Assembly (NCBI GenBank): GCA_051313645.2
Contig: JBNRSN020000190.1
Coordinates: forward strand, 558,001 to 622,000
Reading direction: 5' to 3'
DNA from: Centroscyllium fabricii
Taxonomy: Eukaryota
Length of the DNA stretch: 64,000 bases
In this document: positions 10,766-22,685 of the stretch, piece by piece
How positions within the stretch are numbered: position 1 is the first letter of the stretch
Layout of the letters: each line of letters starts with the position of its first letter
Position numbers and translations under genes: made by a program
The notes under the pieces: model-generated
What the model saw: only the letters and a program-made list of their open reading frames with translations
The model's database searches: none
Told to the model about the DNA's origin: nothing

Positions 10766-13700
10766 ATGGAGAGCAGCACGGTAAGGCCTCGGGAGCTGGA
10801 CATTAGCCCCCAGGATGCCGCGGCACCGATCACCTTCAAGCTCTGGTTCAGAGTGCTAGAGGCCTATATGGCAGTCGCCAAGGCTGAAACGGATGCGCAA
10901 AAACTGCAAGTACTGCTATCCAAGATCTCCAGCAGGGTTTTCACCCTCATCGAGGACCACACAACATACGTGGAAACGGTGGCGACCCTCAAGAGGTACT
11001 ACGAGCGCCCGGCTCACACGGTCTACGCCCGCCACCTACTAGCGACCCGACCTCAACTACCCGGTGAGTCAAACGACGAGTTTGAGCAAGCGCTCCGGGG
11101 CATGATACGGGCCTGTGGCTGTAAGGGTGGAACGACTATGATACAGGAGGAAAACCTCCTCCTCCGGGACGCCTTCGTCTCAGGACTAAGATGCACAGTA
11201 GCACGTCAGAGGCTATTGGAAAAGGAAAATCTGACCTTTGAAGAGGCAACCGCGTTAGCTAAATCGGTGGAAGGGGCCCGCAACAAATCTCAGATGTACG
11301 GTGGTACCAGCTACCAAGCTTACAACGTTTGGGCCACGACCCAACAGGCGCCACGGATCGAGAGCCCCACCATGGCCGCGACGGCCACCACGGACACTAA
11401 GCATAAACATTGTTATTTTTGCGGCAAAGGATTGCACCCCAGGGCAAAGTGTCCAGCCAAGACGGCGACCTGTGACAAATGCTCCAAGAAGGGACACTTC
11501 TCAAAGGTCTGCAGATCCAATCCAGCTGCAGCACCAAAAAGGTACAACAGTGCCTGTGAGAGCTCTCAGGAACAGGTAAGCTGCATTTGCAGTAATTTAT
11601 CCCGACGGCAAGCGCCCCCCCCACCTCGATGCAGCAGCGACCAGCCGAACGCGACCCTCCTACGCGGCCGGCTGCGTGCGAACCACGGGCGCCCCCAGCG
11701 CGTTCACCGCGGTTCGCTGCGTGCTAATCACGGGCACCGCCAGCGCCTTCACCGCGGCTCGCTGCGTGCGAATCACGGGCACCGCCAGCGCCTTCACCGC
11801 GGTTCGCTGCGTGCGAATCACGGGCACCGCCAGCGCCTTCACCGCGGTTCGCTGCATGCGAATCACGGGCACCGCCAGCGCCTTCACCGCGGTTAGCTGC
11901 GTGTGGATCACGGGCACCGCCAGCACGCCAGCAAACCGAATCTTGTCTTCCCCCAGGTCCCTCCATGTGCGAGCCAGGGGGGCGGCCATCTTGTCTTCCC
12001 CCAGGCCCCTCCATGTGCGAGCCAGGGCGGCGGCCATTTTGTCGGGGGCGGCCATCTTGTCTTCCCCCAGGTCCCTCCATGTGCGAGCCAGGGGGGCGGC
12101 CATCTTGTCTTCCCCCAGGCCCCTCCATGTGCGAGCCAGGGGGGTGGCCATTTTGTCAGGTCCCCTCCACGTGCGAGCCAGGGGGGCGGCCATCTTGTAT
12201 TCAGGGCCCCTCCATGTGCGAGCCAGGGGGGCGGCCATTTTGTCAGGTCCCCTCCACGTGCGAGCCAGGAGGGCGGCCATCTTGTATTCAGGGCCCCTCC
12301 ATGTGCGAGCCAGGGGGGCGGCCATTTTGTTTTCAGGGCCCCTCCATGTGCAAGCCAGGGGGGCGGCCATTTTGTGCGCAGCTCCCTTCAGCAGGGGCTG
12401 CGGCAACCGGACCTACAGTTAGCCAGGACAAGCCCCACACACTGTCTAACTCCATAAGGCCAATCAAAATCAACGATCACACGGTCAACTGCCTTTTTGA
12501 CACGGGCAGCACCGAGAGCTTTATCCACCCTAATACAGTGCGGTGCTTCGGACTGCAGGTCCTGCCCACTAACTACCAAGTCTCATTAGCTTCACAGTCC
12601 CACACCGCGGACGTCACCGGCTACTGCTCCGTCATGCTCACCGTCCAGGGACGCATGTACCATAATTTTAAATTGTATACCCTCCAGCAGTTGTGTGCCC
12701 CAGCCTTACTAGGTCTGGACTTCCAGTGCCACTTCAGGAGTGTGACAATGGAGTTCGGCGGGACCCTTCCCCCACTCACCCTCAGTAGCCGGGACAATCT
12801 CCTCCCAAAGCGGACCCCGGCCTGCGGCCTCTCCACCCTGAAAATTGATCCCCCCTCGCTGTTCGCCAACCTCGATCCGAAGTGCAAACCTATCGCCACT
12901 AAGAGTCGGCGGTACAGCGAGGGGGACCGCACGTTTATCAGGTCGGAGGTCGGGCGGATGCTAAAGGAGGGGATTATTGAAGCCAGCACCAGCCCCTGGC
13001 GCGCCCAAGTTGTAGTGGTGAAGTCTGGCGACAAACAATGGCTGGTTATCGATTACAGCCAGACTATCAACCGCTACACCGGGCTCGACGCCTACCCGCT
13101 TCCCCGCATCTCGGAAATGGTCAATCAGATCGCCCAGTACAAGGTGTTCTCCACGATCGACCTTAAATCGGCGTATCACCAGCTCCCGATCCGGAAAGCT
13201 GACCGCCCCTACACCGCCTTCGAGGCGAACGGTCGGCTCTATCACTTCCTCCGGGTCCCCTTTGGTGTGACCAACGGAGTGTCAGTGTTCCAGCGGGAGA
13301 TGGACCGTATGGTTGATCAAAATGACTTGCAGGCCACCTTCCCTTACCTGGACAACGTGACCATCTGCGGCCACGACCAGCAGGACCACGATGCCAATCT
13401 GGCCAAATTCCTTGACACGGCGGCTAAGCTGGACCTTACGTATAACAAAGACAAATGTGTCTTTAATACAGACCGGCTTGCCATCCTCGGATACGTGGTG
13501 GAGAACGGGCTCCTCGGCCCCGACCCACAGCATATGCGACCCCTGCTAGAACTGCCCTTACCTCACAACCCCAAAGCCTTGAGGAGATATCTAGGATTTT
13601 TCTCCTACTATGCACAATGGGTCCCGCAGTTCGCAGACAAGGCTAGACCACTCCTCAAGGCTGCCGTCTTCCCTCTTTCTATAGAAGCTCAAACGGCATT

Positions 13701-15245
13701 CGAAAAGATAAAAGGAGATATTATCAAGGCGACCATGCTCGCTGTTGATGAATCCATCCCTTTCCAGGTGGAGAGTGACGCTTCGGACTTTGCCCTTGCT
13801 GCCACCCTGAATCAGGCAGGCAGGCCCGTAGCGTTTTTCTCCCGCACCTTACAGGGACCCGAAACTCGCCACTCAGCAGTGGAAAAGGAGGCCCAGGCCA
13901 TTGTGGAGGCCGTGCGCTACTGGCGTCATTACCTGGCCGGTAAGCGTTTTACCCTGCTCACCGACCAACGGTCGGTGGCGTTTATTTTTAACAATAAACT
14001 ACGGGGTAAAATCAAGAATGATAAGATCATGCGGTGGCGGATCGATCGAACTCTCGACTTACGAGTACGACATTCTTTACCGACCAGGTAAACTCAATGA
14101 ACCCCCGGGCGCACTGTCCAGGGGAACGTGCGCCAGTGCCCAGCTAGACCGGCTGAAGGACCTCCACGACCGCCTCTGCCACCCGGGTGTCACCAGACTC
14201 GCCCATTTTGTCAAATCCCGTAGCCTCCCCTACTCCATCACGGAGATCAAGGCTATGACCCGAGATTGCCCTGTCTGCGCCGAGTGCAAACCCCACTTTT
14301 TCCGGCCAGACACGGCGCACCTCATCAAGGCCACCCGCCCCTTTGAACGCCTCAGCGTAGACTTCAAAGGCCCCCTCCCCTCCACTGACCGCAACTCATA
14401 CTTCCTCACGGTAGTGGATGAGTTCTCCCGCTTCCCCTTCACCTTCCCCTGCCCAGATATGACGAGCGCAACGGTGATAAAACACTTCACCACGCTGTTC
14501 GCCATCTTCGGTCTCCCCAGCTACATCCATAGCGACCGGGGGTCATCGTTCATGAGCGATGAACTGCGTCAGTTTCTGCTCCAGAGAGGGGTTGCCATGA
14601 GCAGAACGACCAGTTACAACCCCCGGGGGAACGGCCAGGTAGAAAGGGAGAATGGGATCATTTGGAAGGCGGTCACCCTGGCCCTCAAGTCCAGAGGCCT
14701 TCCAGTGCCCCATTGGCAGGCAGTCCTCCCAGACGCGCTGCACTCTATTAGGTCGTTATTATGTACAGCTACTAATGCCACCCCGCACGATCTTGTTTTT
14801 TCTTTCAACAGGAAGTCAACTTCGGGGACGGCGCTCCCACCATGGCTGACGACCCCTGGGCCGGTGTTCCTTAAGCGGCACGTTCGGTGCCACAAGACGG
14901 ATTCCCCTGGTGGACAAGGTACAGCTCCTACACGCCAACCCGCACTATGCCTTTGTGCAGTTCCCAGACGGGCGTGAGGACACCGTGTCCATCAGGGACC
15001 TGGCCCCGGCCGGCAACACCGCCACAGCGCCTCCTGCTGGCCAGCAGGTCGACCCACCTTCAGACACAAGAGGGGCCCCGAGTTTCCCCGCCGATGCACC
15101 AGACGAGGTCCAGCAGAACCCACCACGTCCTGAAACTACAGCACCGACGGAGGCGGGCTATTCGGCCATGGGGGCATCACCACCAACATCGGAACCCCGG
15201 CGGTCCACAAGACAGACGCGACCGCCGGAGAGACTTATCACGAAC
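10766..15245 (+). pseudogene. gag-pol polyprotein of copy 2, broken into pieces
   Basis: gag from 10766 (zinc knuckles); PR-RT-RH ORF 11965-14091 (LFDTGS, YLDN at 13345-13356); integrase 14050-15000. Frameshifts near 11620, 14041 (ATCG duplication) and 14905. Confidence 0.92.
11665..12378 (+). repeat. tandem repeats in the gag-protease linker of copy 2
   Basis: ~6 copies of a 45-bp unit (gctgcgtgcgaatcacgggcaccgccagcgccttcaccgcggttc), then ~10 copies of a 42-48-bp unit containing GGCGGCCAT(T/C)TTG. Confidence 0.9.
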
Positions 15246-15677
15246 TGTTCGATACATTCACCCCACCCCCCGGACTCAAAGTTTTTAACAAGGGGTGAAT
15301 GTGGTAACCCTTATATGGGTAACACTTATATGGGTTACCATTGTTGTATACCTGTGTGCAAAGATGCTGCTGGGAGCCAGGTCAGCCACACCCCCGACTC
15401 CTCCCCCCAGGTGGGAGCACTATAAAGGTGTGGTCTGACCCAGCCCCTTTCATTCCTGTATGTGATCTGCCGAGGAGATTAGCTCCATTCTTTATTAATT
15501 AAAAGCCTTGTATTAACGGTAACTACGAGTCGTCTTTAATTAAGTTAGCGACCACGCTACATATATAATATGCACTTTATTGTGTTTTGTTATGCGCGTG
15601 ACGGCAATGGGGGCAGATTCTGGCAGACAGCAGGCAACAGAAATGGCCGCCTGGCACCTCGCCTTTAATTAGCACGG

Positions 15678-16270
15678 CCGGGGCCTGTCCTGCTCCGGGG
15701 CCCTGGGCCGGGGCCTGTCCTGCTCCGGGGCCCTGGGCCTGTCCTGCTCCGGGGCCCTGGGCCGGGGCCTGTCCTGCTCCGGGGCCCTGGGCCTGGGCCT
15801 GTCCTGCTCCGGGGCCCTGGGCCTGGGCCTGTCCTGCTCCGGGGCCCTGGGCCTGTCCTGCTCCGGGGCCCTGGGCCTGGGCCTGGGCCTGTCCTGCTCC
15901 GGGGCCCTGGGCCTGGGCCTGTCCTTCTCCGGGGCCCTGGGCCTGTCCTGCTCCGGGGCCCTGGGCCTGGGCCTGTCCTGCTCCGGGGCCCTGGGCCTGT
16001 CCTGCTCCGGGGCCCTGTGCCTGGGCCTGTCCTGCTCCGGGGCCCTGGGCCTGTCCTGCTCCGGGGCCCTGGGCCTGGGCCTGTCCTGCTCCGGGGCCCT
16101 GGGCCTGGGCCTGTCCTGCTCCGGGGCCCTGGGCCTGCCCTGCTCCGGGGCCCTGGGCCTGTCCTGCTCCCTGGGCCTGTCCTGCTCCGGGGCCCTGGGC
16201 TTGGGCCTGTCCTGCTCCGGGGCCCTGGGCCCGGGGCCTGTCCTGCTCCGGGGTCTGAGCCTGGGCCTGA
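15678..16270. repeat. GC-rich 24/30-bp minisatellite (GGGCCTGTCCTGCTCCGGGGCCCT[GGGCCT])
   Basis: ~21 units. Reverse-complement paralogous arrays at 31847-32010 (~5 units) and 41545-41845 (~9 units). Confidence 0.95.
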
Positions 16271-17274
16271 GCATGGTAAAACCCATCTTTGTAAATAGTG
16301 ATGTATCAGACTCCTTTATTACATCACTCACCACCACCTTCTCAGGGCAACTAGGGATGGGCAATAAGTGTTGGCCAACCCTAGTTTTGTATCAAACCTC
16401 GGTTAGACCACATTTGGAGCACTGTGCACACTTCTGGTCTCCATATTATAAGAAGGTTGCACTGCTGCCTCGCAATAAGGAGCTCCCGTGTTCGTGTGGG
16501 TTTCCTGTGGCGGAGCAGGCTCAAAGGGCCGAATGGCCTACTCCTGCTCCTATCTTCTGTGTTTCTGCATATAGAGGTACTGGAGAAGGTGAAAAAAAGA
16601 TACCAGAACTGAAAGGTTCTAGTTATTGGGACAGGATGAACAGAAGAGGATGTCGGGAAGCTCCAGTGCCTGAGGGGTGACCTGATGGGGTTGACGTAGA
16701 GAAGATGCTTCCACTTGTGGGAGAGAACTTGGGGTCATCAATACAAGATCGTCACTAACAAATCCAGTCGGGAATTCAGGAGAAACTTCTTCACCCAGAG
16801 AGTGGTGAGAATGGGGAACTGGCCACCACGGAGTGGTCGAGGGGAAGAGTGTAGATGGATTTAAGGGGAAGCTGGATAAACACACTGGGGAGAAAGGAAT
16901 CGCAGGATATGGGGATGGGGTGAGATGAAGAGGGTGGGAGGAAACACTGGCACGAAGCATGGTGGAGTGGCCTGTTTCTATGCTGTAAATAGTAATTACT
17001 GAAGTGGTTCTGGTGAGTTTATTTGGAGGATTGATTGCTGGATCAGGGCCTGTTGCTTTGAACGGGAGCTGGTGAGTGAGCCACATGCAGAGGGTGATTG
17101 ATCGCCTCGTATAGTGCATTTGCCATGTATCTGCCCATTCCCCCAACTTGTCCAAATCGCACTGGAGCTTCCCGACATCCTCTTCAGAGCCGACCCCACC
17201 TCCTAGTTTAGTGTCGTCTGCAAATTTGGAGATGTTGCATCTAATTCCCTGGTCCAGATCATTAATATATATTA

Positions 17275-17470
17275 AAGGCAGAGAGAGAGGCGGACAGGTT
17301 TAGGGGGGGAATTCCAGAGCTTGGGGCCCAGGCAGCTGAAGGCACGGCCGCCAATGGTGGAGTTAAGGGAACGGGGATGCGCAAGAGGCCAGAATTGGAG
17401 GAGCGCAGAGATCTGGGAGGGTTGTAGGACTGGAGGAGGTTACAGAGATAGGGAGGGGTGAGGGTCATGC
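17275..17470 (-). mobile_element. L2-type LINE 3' fragment (paralogues 39578-39770 and 30365-30655; related copy 45620-45870)
   Basis: PPYLCNLLQSYNPPRSLRSSNSGLL...GGRAFS peptide typical of the L2 ORF2 C-terminus. Confidence 0.75.
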
Positions 17471-17704
17471 TGGAGATGACGTAGCACCTTGAGGTAGTGA
17501 CATTTAAGTAGCCTGCAATGACCACCGTCCCCCGCACCCCACCCACATTGTAATCTGTCTTGACTGTTTAACCTGAGCAAGTGCTCTGACAGTGACCCCA
17601 AATCGGCTGGCTGGGGGGGACGGGCAGGAACTGCTAATGGGAAAGTCTCGATCAGGAGCATTTCCCTCTGGTTTCCCATCCGATTTCTCACTGATCTTTC
17701 AAGT

Positions 17705-18665
17705 TCAGTACCCCGTAGCCTGAAGAAATATATCCAATTCCCTCTTAAATATATTAATGAACTGGCCTCCACTGGAATTACACAGGCCCACCACTCTCTG
17801 GGTGAAGAATTGCATATCTGTCCTAAATAGTTTACCCCTTATCCTTAGACTGTGGCCCCTGGTTCTGGACTCCCCCACCATTGGAAACATTCTTTCTGAA
17901 TCTAACCTGTCTAGCTGTCAGAATTTTATATGTTTCGATGAGATCCCCTCTCAATCTTCTAAACTCCAGCGAGTACAAGCCCAAACTACACAATCTCTCC
18001 TCGTAGGTCATTCCTGCCATTCCAGGTATCGTCCTGGTGAATCGCCGCTGCACTCCTTCCATGGCAAGAACATCCTTCCTCAGATGAGGCGACCAAAACT
18101 GTACACAATACTCAAGGTGTGGTCTCACCAGTGCCTTGTACAGCTGTAGTAAGGTATCCTTATTCCTATACTCAAACCCTCTTGATATGAAGGCCAACAT
18201 ACCATTTGCCTTCTTAACCACCTGTTGCACCTGCATGCTCGCCCTCAGTGACTGGTGCACAAGAACACCCAGGTCTCTCTGCACTTCCCCATCTCCCAAT
18301 CTATAACCTCACATTTATCCACATTATAGTGCATTTGCCATGTATCTGCCCACTCCCCTTCAGAGCCAACCCCCCCTCCTAGTTTAGTGTCGTCTGCAAA
18401 TTTGGAGATGTTGCATCCAATTCCCTGGTCCAGATCATTAATATATATTGTGAACAGCTGGGGTCCCAGGACAGATCCCTGCGGCACCCCACTAGTCACC
18501 GTCTGCCACTCAGAAAACGAGCCGTTTATTCCAACTCTCTGTTTTCTATCTGCCAGCCAGTTCTCTATCCACGTCAATACTTTGCCCCAATCCCATGAGC
18601 CTTAATTTTGCATGCTAATCTTATCGAAGGCTTTCTGGAAGTCAAGGTACACCACATCTACTGGC
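17705..18665 (-). mobile_element. CR1 LINE ORF2 (RT) fragment with internal deletions
   Basis: SGVPQGSVLGPQLFTIYINDL, KFADDTK, LYKALVRPHLEYCVQFWSP, RRLRGDLIETYKI. Confidence 0.93.
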
Positions 18666-19626
18666 TCTCTGTCCGATCCCGTCCCTATTTACAGCCAATG
18701 AAGTACTTTTTTGAAGTGCAGTCACTGTTGTAATGTGGGAGACGCAGTAGCCAATTTATGCATAGCAAGCTCCCACAAACAGCAACGTGATAAAATGAGC
18801 AGATTATTTGGTTTTCGCGATGTTGGTTGAAGGATGGATATTGGCCCCAGAACACCGGGGAGAACTCCCCCCTGCTCTCTCAGTATTGCCCCTCCGACAG
18901 TGCGGCACTCTCTCAGTACTGCCCCTCCGACAGTGCTCATTAAAGGCGAGGTGCCAGGCGGCTATTTCTGTTGCCTGCCGTCTGCCAGAATCTGCCCCCA
19001 TTGCCGTCCCGGGTTGAGGCGTAGCAGGGGGGGTCGGAGTTCTAAAGCGGGACTAAGAATTGGAGAGGTTTAGAGAGGGAGGCCCGGAGCTGAGGGCCTA
19101 GGTGGGTTGATTGTTGAGTATCAGAATGATTGCTGTGGTTTTGCTTTATCTCAATCAGTCGCAGCCGGAACGCTGCTGAGTGCCAAATGTATCAGCATCC
19201 AGTTCAATACCGAGCTCTCTCCATCATAGAAACATGGAAACATAGCAGGAATAAGCCATTCGGCCCCTCGAGCCTGCTCCGCCATTCAATGAGATCATGG
19301 CTGATCATCCAAACTCATCAGTACCCCGCCCAATCACCCCTGTCCAAATCATCCTGCACTAGTCACAGCCTGCCAACCTGAAAAAATCTATGAATGGCCG
19401 ACTCCTATTTCTTATGTTCTTAATGAATGTAAGCTGTATCTAGCACTAAACCTTCAACCACACATCCACTCATTGCATCATGAAACAAGTAAATGTACAC
19501 AATGGACAAGATTCAGGTTTGCTAATCAATAAATTTATTGTGGTATCAAACATCCTTGGTTTTTCCCGCGTCTTCCAGTCTTCCCGCCTTTGCAAGTCTC
19601 TTTCGGCGCCGGGTCTCGACAACCAC

Positions 19627-19945
19627 TTCTGGTTCCTGCTGCCGATTGCTGCTGCCGATTCTGCTGGTTCCTGCAGATTCTGCTGGTTCCTGTTGCCGAT
19701 TGCTGTTGGTTCCTGCAGATTCTGCTGGTTCCTGCTGCCGATTCTGCTGGTTCCTGTTGCCGATTGCTGTTGGTTCCTGCAGATTCTGCTGGTTCCTGCT
19801 GCCGATTCTGCTGGTTCCTGCCGATTCTGCTGGTTCCTGCCGATTCTGCTGGTTCCTGCAGATTCTGCTGGTTCCTGCTGCCGATTCTGCTGGTTCCTGC
19901 TGGTTCCTGCAGATTCTGCTGGTTCCTGCTGCTGATTTCTGCTGG
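19627..19945. repeat. 19-22-bp minisatellite (CTGGTTCCTGC[TG]CCGATTCTG)
   Basis: ~15 units. Absent at the paralogous site (~36675). Shorter related arrays at 22150-22235 and 34650-34735. Confidence 0.9.
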
Positions 19946-21037
19946 CACCTCCATCTGCTGGGGAAAAGTCAATCTCCCCTCATCCTCTCAGCTCCCAGTA
20001 GTAATTCCGTGTCCCCGAGGAGTCTGCCTGGAATGGGAGATAAGTGGACAGATCAACAAGATATATACAAACACATTAAACAGAACTATATACAATAACC
20101 GTACAGTGTGAATCATACCAAAAGGTACTGATGTAAAAAAGACTTACCAAGCTTTGAGTGTGATGCACGATCAATTATACTCAATCATACAGAGCTAGCA
20201 CAAGTGTGCTCGACATGGTGTAATAAAGTTCGTCAGTTTAGCTTTAGTTTGGCTGGCGCTATAGTGAGATTGACACATATGCGAGGCTCTCCTGACTTTT
20301 TTGCTACTACTAACATGCCTGAGCACCATTAAGTGGGCTCCTCTTTACTTGAAGTTTTGGAATGTCATCTTTGAATACAGTATTAAACACATCGGGCCCT
20401 GTTTTCCTGTGCTCCAGAGGAGCTGCACCCCCACGAAGGGGGGTCAGAAATGCCTCGTGGGGGTGCAGCACAGGGGATGCCCACGAACAGGAATTTCCTG
20501 TGCTGATGGGCAAGGCCCTTCAGCTCCCAACGCAGGAAGACCTTGCACTGACGATTTCCTGTCAGAACGGGTGATTTTTAGAGAGTAATTCCGTGTGCAA
20601 CTGGCTCACAAGCTGCCCACGAAAAAACCAGGAGTAAGAGGGAGAAGATTTAGTTTTTGAAGCAGGTAAGTTAATTGTTTAACTTTAATTTTAAGTTTTT
20701 ACAGTTTTGGGGAGTAGTGTGGCCAGATCGGTAGCATTAAATTTTTAAGTTAAAGTTTAAATTTTTTAACAAATCCGATTTTAAGTTAATTTACCTGTTT
20801 CAAATCGCTAATTTTCAAAGTTACATTTCTGAAATTTTTAACTCTCTAGCTAATTAAAAAAAAAAAAAAATCTAAGGAAAAAATGGTTGACTTACCTTCC
20901 GTTTCTTCCTCTGAGAAGCTGCTGTGCCACCGCGCTGCTCCCCGTGAGTCTGTTGTGCAGCTCCGCACTTCCCTGCTCTCACTAAGGTCCGACTCGGATC
21001 CTTGCTTCCTCATATTAAAACCTGCTCTTTCATAAAC

Positions 21038-21543
21038 TTCCGGTTCTTCTTCCGGTTACCGGGAGCGGGACCAAGATGGCGGCGCGTGTACACGCAGCGG
21101 CTCTGCGTCTCCCGGGGATGCTGTCCGCTGGTAGTCCCGAGGCTGTTCGCTCGGTGGGGATGTCGGGTTCGTCGTGGAGGTGCATAGAAGTCGGACTTGT
21201 TGGAGCACTGGGGAGCCTGCGAGGTCACCGAGGTCAAAGCGCCGGAGGTCGGCAGGTACGGAGCACTGGGTCCTGCAGAGACAGTGTGCCTGTGTGGTCA
21301 CCGTGGTTACCGAGTTTGGGGCGTTGGAGGTCGGCGGGTTCGGGGCGTTGGGACCAACGGAGTCGGAGTGCCGGTGCCTGCATGGTCGGAGCACCATTGA
21401 GGGCCAACATGAAGTGAACAGTCTGGGACTTGTAAGCAGGACATTTTAAAGAGCTGCATCGTTCTGGGAAGGTTGCAAAAAAGACATTTCGTTGTACTGT
21501 ATTTTGCTGTACAATGACAATAAATTTGAATCTGAATCTGAAA
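21038..21543 (+). mobile_element. short non-LTR-type insertion present only in the left arm
   Basis: GC-rich head with CCAAGATGGCGGCG. Ends in ACAATAAA plus a (GAATCT)n tail. Abuts the degenerate gag fragment. Confidence 0.55.
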
Positions 21544-22529
21544 TCACGTTCTTCTTCACCACAAAGAATGCCAGAAATCCATCTCTTACTGCGCCATACT
21601 GTAGTTGTTGAGCGTCGGATAGATTCAGTCCTTTCAGAACGTCATCCGCTTCGTCTTCCATACAGTACATAAGATCACTTGGTTCGCCTGTGTGGTTGTA
21701 TGGAGAACACGGCAAAACTACTCTCGCTATACTCACCTCTCGTTTTCTGTCACCCGGAACCTCAAGTAATGTACTTTGACCCTACCCATAATGACCCTTG
21801 CCATTATGTTAATGCCCTGCCTGGAATGAGATATAAGTGGGCGGAGCATTCTCATTTAGAGGCGGGGTCAGCCGGTACAGGTCCTTACAGAAAGGTAAAG
21901 ACATTAACAGATATATAACAAGATATATACAAACACATTAAACAGAACTATATACAAACCATAGTGTGAACCACACCAAAAGGTTCCTCACAGCTTCGTC
22001 GCCCTGGATCCTCCCGTTCGACCCCGGTGTGTGACTGTTTGCCGTTGTTCTGGCCCCACCTCGAGCCGATATCCGATGCTTCTGCTGGCTGGGTACTGCT
22101 TCGCGGCCTTCCTGCCGCTGCTGAGCTGGGCACCCGATTCTGATGGCTCTCCTGCTGCAGACTCTCCTGGTTCCTGCAGACTCTGCTGGTTCCTGCTCCG
22201 ATTGCTGCTGGCTGCTGCAGATTCTGCTGGTTCCTTCAAGTATTACTGTACAGCAGGTGTGTTGAGCACAGCCCACACATGGAAACTGTCGAATCACTGC
22301 CGATTTCTGCTGGCACCTCCCTCTGCTGGGGAAAAGTCAATCTCCCCTCATCCTCTCTGTTCCCAGTAGTAATTCCAAATCTGCTGTTTTCCCTCTTGTC
22401 TGCCCCATCAATCCTGAACACCTCCAGCTTCCATGTGTGGGGTGGGCTGTGCTCAACACACCTGCTGTACAGTAATACTTGCTCAGAAACCGCCCTCATA
22501 TTTATAGCGGGGCCGTACAATCCCCAATC

Positions 22530-22685
22530 AAGCCTTCAATTCCAAATTAGGCCTTCAATCCCAAATTAGGCCTTCAATCCCAACAAAGGCCACCAATCAG
22601 GCCTTCAATCCCAAATAAGGCCTTCAAACCCAACAAAGGCCATCAATCCCTAATAATGCCTTCAATCCCAAATAAGGCCTTCAGC
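22530..22685. repeat. ~19-bp minisatellite (GGCCTTCAATCCCAAATTA); paralogue 34200-34365
   Basis: ~7 degenerate units. Confidence 0.85.

Larger units (their letters stand above)
10484..15561 (+). mobile_element. Ty3/Gypsy LTR retrotransposon, group A copy 2 (full length, frameshifted)
   Basis: LTRs 10484-10744 and 15300-15561 (TGT...ACA; 2 substitutions plus a 1-bp indel by eye). 5-bp TSD TATAT. TATAAA near 10604. PPT AACAAGGGGTGAA. Confidence 0.97.
8614..15600 (+). mobile_element. decayed hAT (Charlie/Buster-type) DNA transposon, interrupted by Gypsy copy 2 and truncated at the palindrome edge
   Basis: Left TIR-like CAAGGGTCCCCAACC at 8614. Transposase remnants. AT-rich 3' UTR is split by the TATAT TSD of copy 2. 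No right TIR seen. Confidence 0.8.

Noticed and set aside
11600-11965. Apparent separate gag and pol ORFs (programmed frameshift or readthrough) in copy 2
   Set aside because: Copies 1 and 3 read gag into pol in one frame; the copy 1 peptide MQRRPA..ACESRAP resumes in another frame near 11630, indicating mutational damage.
15669-16364. 231-aa RAPEQDRP ORF and similar repeat ORFs (19535-20111, 24084-24677, 37505-38138, 41231-41952)
   Set aside because: Stop-free translations of minisatellites in multiple frames; copy number differs between paralogues.
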